Made by a program: the position numbers and the translations under genes. The notes beneath the pieces are model-generated. The model had not been told where the DNA came from, did not search any database, and worked only from the letters and a program-made list of their open reading frames with translations. 13,312 nt of DNA from contig MGLW01000059.1 in the NCBI GenBank assembly GCA_001794905.1, positions 1 to 13,312 on the forward strand, given 5' to 3'. Of this stretch, positions 8,349 through 13,312 are shown one piece after another. The stretch is from Chlamydiae bacterium RIFCSPHIGHO2_12_FULL_49_11. GTDB lineage: Bacteria; Chlamydiota; Chlamydiia; Chlamydiales; 2-12-FULL-49-11. Numbering within the stretch: the stretch's first letter is position 1; every line of letters begins with the position of its first letter.

Positions 8349-9059
8349 ATGGACGGCGTGTTACGACCCCACTATACACATTTTAAAGAGATTGATTCCA
8401 CTCATCTTTTCACAAAAAAGCAGCGCAGCGCCGTCCTCCAGGGAGAGCTTCTCATCGTTTCGGCCGATCATCAAACCGGCGGCATCGGACGCCGGAAGGA
8501 CACCTGGTACGGAGAGAGGGGCTCGTCTCTTCTCGTTTCGTACGGTTTCCTACGAAAAGAAGCGATGCCCCATGCGCTGATTTTTGTTCTTGCAGGCGCA
8601 CTCTGCCGCTTTCTGGAGGAGGAAGGGCTCTCTCCGATGATCAAATGGCCGAACGATATTTTCCTTTCCGGAAAAAAAGTAGCAGGTTTGATGGAAGATG
8701 TGCAGGACGATTTTATCGTTCTCAGTTTCGGAATGAATGTGAACGAAGAATCCTCTTTCTTTTACAGACACGGATTGCAGGCCACGTCTCTCTTTTTAGA
8801 AAAAAAAGTTCCCTTCCATGTGAAAAGTCTCCTCACTTCGATCACGGACACTTTTTGTACCCTCCTTGCGAGCGAGGATATGCTCAAAGTGGTACATTCT
8901 TATTGCGACAGGCATCTTCTTTGGAAAAACGCGCGAGTGTCGGTCGACGGAAAAGCCGGCATCCTTCTGGGACTGGACTCGGAATTTAGAGCCCGCGTTG
9001 ATGTAAGTGGCACCGTCACGACAATCACGACGGGGACGATGCGGGAAGATATATCCTGA
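8349..9059 (+). CDS. birA: Biotin-protein ligase, class I (no N-terminal HTH)
   Basis: EIDSTH, ADHQTGGIGRR..W, IKWPND, KKVAGL and SFGMNVN. The start is re-assigned to ATG 8349 (or GTG 8358) because the ORF-track extension to 8172 lies antisense inside rodA. Confidence 0.92.
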   Translation: MDGVLRPHYTHFKEIDSTHLFTKKQRSAVLQGELLIVSADHQTGGIGRRKDTWYGERGSSLLVSYGFLRKEAMPHALIFVLAGALCRFLEEEGLSPMIKWPNDIFLSGKKVAGLMEDVQDDFIVLSFGMNVNEESSFFYRHGLQATSLFLEKKVPFHVKSLLTSITDTFCTLLASEDMLKVVHSYCDRHLLWKNARVSVDGKAGILLGLDSEFRARVDVSGTVTTITTGTMREDIS

Positions 9060-9786
9060 CGCGGATCGTATCGGAAAGGTGGGTGCGTAAAATCTGTTCA
9101 ATCGCACTGAGGGTCGATCCGCTTGCCGCATGGCAAGTGGTGCACGCACCCGCATATTGCACCGTCACTTCATCTTTTTCACTCAGGTCGTAGAGTTCGA
9201 CTCGTCCTTCATCGAGGGACACGTAAGGCTGAATCTGCTCTTCGATAAGCGTGGAAATGATTCCCTTTCTCTCTGCAAGGGAACAGGCTTTCCAGTTAAT
9301 ATCTCCCAAAGAAGAAATATCGACGGGTAGCGGCGTCTGAATATAATCGGAGGGAAGTTCAATATCATAACACGCATCCAGCGCTCCTTCCAATGCAAAG
9401 AGGCACGAGTTGGCCCCCGTAAACATTTCATCGGGGGCTTTTTTCTCATCCAGATCCATTTCTTTAAACAAAAGCGGCACTCCGATCCTTCGTGCCTGAT
9501 CATAATTTTTGCGCCGGCAAATCTTGCATATGACTTCGGCAAGAAGAACGAGTGACGCAGGTCCGAACACCTGATATGCGGCATCGGCAATTACTCCGTC
9601 TTCGGTATTCACAAGAAGAGTAAACCGGATCCAATGACCTCCTGCCGCGTCCCCTTCTTCCCCCGTCACAAGCCGCGTCTCTTCCTTATTCACGGAAGAC
9701 AAAGTGTGGCAATGGGGCCTTTCCGAAATGAGTTTTTTTGCTTTGCCGGAAAGGATGGCAAAATAATATGGACTTACGTATGCCAT
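9025..9786 (-). CDS. NifU-family protein: degenerate IscU-like N-terminal domain plus C-terminal Nfu domain
   Basis: The C-terminal IQPYVSLDEGRVEL...YAGACTTC..SGSTLSAIE is the Nfu CxxC domain. The N-terminal IRFTLLVNTEDGVIADAAYQVFGP resembles IscU strands. It starts 1 nt after the nifS-like stop. Confidence 0.88.
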   Translation of the reverse strand: MAYVSPYYFAILSGKAKKLISERPHCHTLSSVNKEETRLVTGEEGDAAGGHWIRFTLLVNTEDGVIADAAYQVFGPASLVLLAEVICKICRRKNYDQARRIGVPLLFKEMDLDEKKAPDEMFTGANSCLFALEGALDACYDIELPSDYIQTPLPVDISSLGDINWKACSLAERKGIISTLIEEQIQPYVSLDEGRVELYDLSEKDEVTVQYAGACTTCHAASGSTLSAIEQILRTHLSDTIRVRIYLPASSPS

Positions 9787-9787
9787 G

Positions 9788-10903
9788 TCAATCCTTCTCC
9801 CATAGTTCTTGTGCCGCCTTTTTTACATCAAGCCCTACTTGCCCAAGCGTCTGCACAAGCGTCTCAACCTCTTCTTCCGAATGAAAAACCGAGAAGTTGA
9901 AGGTAAGAGACGAATAGGCCAGCTCCGGGGCAATCCCGATACACATCAAAAGGTAAGGAAGCTTTTGTTCGCGCGAGCCGCCAAGCGCAGCAAAAATCCC
10001 CTTTTCCTGCAAACGAAACAGGAGATGCTCACCATGTACTTTCGGGAGGGCAATACAGCTCACATAGAAAAGACGCTTTGCCTCAAAATGCACCACGAGA
10101 TCGGGGAAAAACCGGCGCAGTTTCTTTTCAAAACCGTTGCGGAGGCGTGTCACTTCAAAAGCACTAGTGTCTTTCATTTCCATGAGATCTCCGAGCGCCT
10201 TGGCAAGGGATTGGATGAGATCGGAACCGATCGGCATGAGCCTCTTCCCCCCCTGGAATTTCGATGAACCAAGGAGCGGAAGGAGCGGTGCTGCAGGTTT
10301 GGCAAAGAGGAGAGCAATGCCGGAAGGGGCAAAGAGTTTGTCTCCCGACAAGGCAAGGTAATCGATATCAAGGTCGCGAAATTGGTAAGTATTGGACACG
10401 GAAAGCTCCGATCCGTCCATGTAGACGGGAACCTGTTTTTCTTTGCACAGGCGTGCGATTTCCCACACGGGCTGAATCACCCCCGTAAGGCTGCTGGCCC
10501 CGGAAAAGGCAGCAAGGAAGGTTTTCGGATTCATTTTTTTTTGCAAATCGCTGAGATCGACCGCGCCGGACGAGTCGAGCTTCACGATGTCGAAACAAAT
10601 TCCGAGTTTCTCGTAGACGCTGAGCGAGGTCAAAATCGATGCCTTTTCTCCGGCAAACACGACGACATGATTTTTGCCCGTCTCATATCCCACTTCCATA
10701 TACAATGAGAGTAATACCTGCACGAATGCTTCGGTCTCGCACGAGAGCGCAATACATGCATCTTCGTCCGCGGCTCCCGCAAAAGCGCGGAAGGTCGAAA
10801 ACGCCTCCTCCACCATCCTCAGCGGCTCGCTAGCCGTTGCATACGGCGCATCGAGCGGCGTTTCATCAAAATTCCCTAGAGTGAGGTCAAACCGGCCTTT
10901 CAT
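9788..10903 (-). CDS. Cysteine desulfurase-like (NifS/IscS, aminotransferase class V) protein lacking the catalytic Cys
   Basis: TGVIQPV.EIA, YMDGSE, LSGDKLFAPSGIALL, RLRNGFE and GEHLLFRL..KGI follow IscS motif order. ATG 10903 overlaps the gpmA stop as ATGA, so it is preferred over 10915. Confidence 0.85.
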   Translation of the reverse strand: MKGRFDLTLGNFDETPLDAPYATASEPLRMVEEAFSTFRAFAGAADEDACIALSCETEAFVQVLLSLYMEVGYETGKNHVVVFAGEKASILTSLSVYEKLGICFDIVKLDSSGAVDLSDLQKKMNPKTFLAAFSGASSLTGVIQPVWEIARLCKEKQVPVYMDGSELSVSNTYQFRDLDIDYLALSGDKLFAPSGIALLFAKPAAPLLPLLGSSKFQGGKRLMPIGSDLIQSLAKALGDLMEMKDTSAFEVTRLRNGFEKKLRRFFPDLVVHFEAKRLFYVSCIALPKVHGEHLLFRLQEKGIFAALGGSREQKLPYLLMCIGIAPELAYSSLTFNFSVFHSEEEVETLVQTLGQVGLDVKKAAQELWEKD

Positions 10904-11571
10904 GCAGAGTTCCAAGCCCCCGCGTGATAATCAAAAATCATCGGCTGTGCCGTCGGTACTTCCAAACGGACAATGTCTTCATCAGAAATATTTTGAATGT
11001 ATTTCAAGATACCCCGGAGTGAATTGCCGTGGGCGACGATTAAAATCCGTTTCCCTTCTTTGAGCTCTTCTTCGATCCGCCGTTTAAAAAAGGGGAGCAC
11101 TCTCTCGACCGTCATTTCAAGGCTTTCTCCTCCCGGAGGGGAAGTTTTGTAACTGCGGCGCCATTCGGTAAAGGTTTTTTCCCCCACTTCCCGCCTCAAG
11201 ACGTCTTTGTTTTTTCCCTGGAGTTTGCCATAGTAGCGCTCATTGAGTTCCCATGCCACATAAACCGGAATCACTTCTTTTTTCGTTTCTTCATCGTAGA
11301 TCTCGTGCCGGTCCCGGTGTGGCCGCCCTTCATCACACATCAGGACGGGAATCCGCTTTGTTTCCTTTGCAAAGGCAATCATCGCCGTCATTTGAGACCG
11401 GATCAGATCGGATACGTAGATCCGGTCAATCGGCTCATCCTTGATAATCTCGCCAAGCTTCGCGGCATCAGCGATCCCTTTTGCCGAGAGGCCGATATCG
11501 ACCCACCCCGTAAAAATATTTTTTTGATTCCAGACGCTGTCCGCATGACGGACCAAAATTAACCTTCCCAT
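10900..11571 (-). CDS. gpmA: 2,3-bisphosphoglycerate-dependent phosphoglycerate mutase
   Basis: LILVRHADSVWNQKNIFTGWVD, LNERYYGKLQGKNK, WRRSY..PPGGESL and AHGNSLR. Confidence 0.95.
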   Translation of the reverse strand: MGRLILVRHADSVWNQKNIFTGWVDIGLSAKGIADAAKLGEIIKDEPIDRIYVSDLIRSQMTAMIAFAKETKRIPVLMCDEGRPHRDRHEIYDEETKKEVIPVYVAWELNERYYGKLQGKNKDVLRREVGEKTFTEWRRSYKTSPPGGESLEMTVERVLPFFKRRIEEELKEGKRILIVAHGNSLRGILKYIQNISDEDIVRLEVPTAQPMIFDYHAGAWNSA

Positions 11572-11602
11572 GAAACCTGCTAAGCTTGATAATGCTCAGC
11601 AC

Positions 11603-11611
11603 AGTATAGCA
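11603..11611 (-). promoter_or_regulatory. Possible extended -10 element (TGcTATACT) for the gpmA-nifS-like-nifU-like operon
   Basis: Minus strand reads TG-C-TATACT about 30 nt upstream of the gpmA ATG, in the 39-bp divergent gap. This is a motif match only. Confidence 0.4.
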
Positions 11612-12315
11612 TGGCTAAAAAAATACGTCTCAACAAACTTTTACAGGAGCGGGGAATTGCGTCCCGCCGGAAAGCCGACGACCTCATCGCCGGCGGCGAG
11701 GTCCGGATCAACGGCAAGGTGGTAACCCAACTCGGCCTCACGATTGACCTCGATGAAACGGTCGTTACCGTGGGAGAACAGGAACTGCCGGAAAAAGAGC
11801 CCTTGCAGTATTTCCTCTTCCACAAACCCAAAGGGTGCGTCTGTTCCAATCGCGCTTTTGGAAAGGAAAAGCGTGTGATCGATTTCTTTGCCGGCATGGA
11901 GGTGCGCCTTTTTACCGTCGGGCGGCTGGATAAAGATACCACAGGCCTTCTGATTGTCACGAACGACGGAACCTTTGCCGGCAAAGCCATCCACCCCTCC
12001 TCCAACATCGTAAAAACCTACATCGCCACCGTCGACCGTGCCCTGACCCCCGAAGGGTTAGAAACCGTCCGAAAAGGGACCGAGATCGAGGGGGTCCATG
12101 TCCTGCCCCGGCTCGTGAAGCAGCGTGACCCCCACTCTCTTCTCATCGAAGTCACCGAGGGGAAAAAACGGGAAATCAGGCACCTGACCCGGGCCGGAGG
12201 CTTCAAGACGGTCGCCCTGCACCGCATCCGGCTCGGCAAATTGGAACTTCCCGATATCCCCGCCGGCTCCTATATCCCCCTAAACCCCGAAGACCGTCTC
12301 CGTATTTTCAAGTAG
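11611..12315 (+). CDS. rRNA pseudouridine synthase, RsuA/RluB family with N-terminal S4 domain
   Basis: RLNKLL...GIASRRKADDLI..GEVRING (S4 domain), HKPKG, VGRLDKDTTGLLIVTNDG (catalytic Asp) and EGKKREIR. Most likely RluB-like, but the paralog cannot be fixed by eye. Confidence 0.93.
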   Translation: MAKKIRLNKLLQERGIASRRKADDLIAGGEVRINGKVVTQLGLTIDLDETVVTVGEQELPEKEPLQYFLFHKPKGCVCSNRAFGKEKRVIDFFAGMEVRLFTVGRLDKDTTGLLIVTNDGTFAGKAIHPSSNIVKTYIATVDRALTPEGLETVRKGTEIEGVHVLPRLVKQRDPHSLLIEVTEGKKREIRHLTRAGGFKTVALHRIRLGKLELPDIPAGSYIPLNPEDRLRIFK

Positions 12316-12349
12316 AAAAAAATTATTTTTTTAATAATACTGAGATTCG

Positions 12350-13024
12350 ATGTCGTTCTTCAATAAGTTATTTGTCAAAGCGCCCTTCGAGTATTTGCAA
12401 CTCCATATGGAAAAGGCAATTGCTTGTTTGAGCAAATTAAAGGACCTCTTCCTCCTTCTCGAAGAAGGGAAATTCGAAGAAATCGAAAAAGAAGTCGAGG
12501 TGCTCAGCAGGCTTGAATACGAAGCGGACGTGATCAAAAATGAAGTGCGTACGCTCGTTCCCAAAAGTTTCCTTTTTCCCCTCGACCGCACCCTTTTCCT
12601 GGAAATCCTCTCTACGCAAGATAGCTTGGCGGATGTAGCCGAAGATATCGGAAGGCTGCTCAACGTGCGCAAACTCATCTTCTATGAAAAGATGAAACCA
12701 AGCCTCAAAATGTATATCGAAAAAACCATCGACACCAGCCTTGCTGTCAAAGATGTTGTATTTGACCTTGATGCCCTGGTAGAAGCTTCTTTCGGCGGAC
12801 CCGTTGCAAAAAATGCAAAAAATAAAATCGACCAAATCGCCTACAAGGAACACGAATGTGAAATCATGAAACGTAAAATGACGAAAGAACTTTTCGCCCT
12901 CGACGAAAATATGAAGCCTCACGACCTTTACCTCTGGATGCGCCTTATCGACGATCTCGCCTCGATCGCACACATTGCCGAAAAGCTCTCTCTTCGAATC
13001 GGAATGTTGTTGGAGTATAAATAA
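12350..13024 (+). CDS. DUF47 family (PhoU-like) phosphate transport regulator
   Basis: All-helical 224-aa protein with PF..L..H, EYEADVIK, QDSLADVAED and a second KEHECE repeat. It lies 6 nt upstream of a PiT gene, the usual pairing. Confidence 0.9.
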   Translation: MSFFNKLFVKAPFEYLQLHMEKAIACLSKLKDLFLLLEEGKFEEIEKEVEVLSRLEYEADVIKNEVRTLVPKSFLFPLDRTLFLEILSTQDSLADVAEDIGRLLNVRKLIFYEKMKPSLKMYIEKTIDTSLAVKDVVFDLDALVEASFGGPVAKNAKNKIDQIAYKEHECEIMKRKMTKELFALDENMKPHDLYLWMRLIDDLASIAHIAEKLSLRIGMLLEYK

Positions 13025-13030
13025 AAAACG

Positions 13031-13306
13031 ATGCCGCACACCTTGATTCTTTTCATTCTCACACTCGTGATCGGTCTTTATATGTTGTGGAATATCGGAG
13101 CCAACGATGTTGCCAACGCCGTCGGCACCTCGATCGGCTCAGGGGCCATCACTCTCCGTAAAGCCATCTTGATTGCCGCCGTCTTCGAATTTGCGGGAGC
13201 GTTCCTTGTGGGCGCGAACGTCTCCGAAACAATCCAGAGCGGCATCATCGCCACCGAACTCTACCCTCCGCAAACGGTCATCCTCGGCATGCTTTCCAGA
13301 GGGTAG
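13031..13306 (+). CDS. Inorganic phosphate transporter (PiT/PHO4 family), N-terminal part only
   Basis: WNIGANDVANAVGTSIGSG and FEFAGAFLVG.NVSETI..GI are the PiT N-terminal signatures. The frame stops 6 nt before the window end. Confidence 0.88.
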   Translation: MPHTLILFILTLVIGLYMLWNIGANDVANAVGTSIGSGAITLRKAILIAAVFEFAGAFLVGANVSETIQSGIIATELYPPQTVILGMLSRG

Positions 13307-13312
13307 AGTTCG

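Noticed and set aside
8319-8350. Resemblance of ATTGTA...TACAAT to a BirA operator (TGTtAAC-N14-16-GTTaACA)
   Set aside because: Only about 4/7 match per half-site, and this BirA lacks the N-terminal HTH needed for repression.
11545-11553. RHA instead of RHG in GpmA as a sign of inactivation
   Set aside because: The catalytic Arg-His, Glu (LNER) and second His (AHGN) are all present, and RHA is a tolerated variant in histidine phosphatases.
12316-12332. A7-TTA-T7 inverted repeat after the pseudouridine synthase gene as a terminator
   Set aside because: An all-A/T stem is too weak for an intrinsic terminator. It is more likely AT-rich promoter DNA for the DUF47-PiT genes.
1-13312. tRNA/rRNA genes, CRISPR arrays, transposases, integrases or defence systems
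   Set aside because: All intergenic gaps are under about 70 bp, and no periodic DNA repeats or recombinase/nuclease motifs were seen.

Overview
Densely packed bacterial chromosome segment whose gene content and order point to the phylum Chlamydiae, probably an environmental lineage (inference, no search run). Left: end of the str operon, rpsG (5'-truncated)-fusA-rpsJ, with no tuf and no rplC after rpsJ. Right: housekeeping genes rodA, class I birA, a gpmA-nifS-like-nifU-like operon, an RluB/RsuA-type pseudouridine synthase, DUF47 and the start of a PiT phosphate transporter. Between them (2947-7166) lie three minus-strand genes, the most interesting part of the window. The first is a ~826-aa protein with a duplicated ~120-aa N-terminal module and a C-terminal HCKDFIDRG (CX5R) motif like phosphoinositide phosphatases. 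The second is a small BamE/SmpA-like lipoprotein. The third is a ~417-aa protein with the His...Glu...Cys motif order of permuted papain-like NlpC/P60 enzymes. The two large proteins are candidate host-membrane-remodelling effectors. The NifS-like protein and the IscU-like domain have both lost their catalytic or ligand cysteines. No RNA genes, CRISPR arrays or mobile elements were seen.
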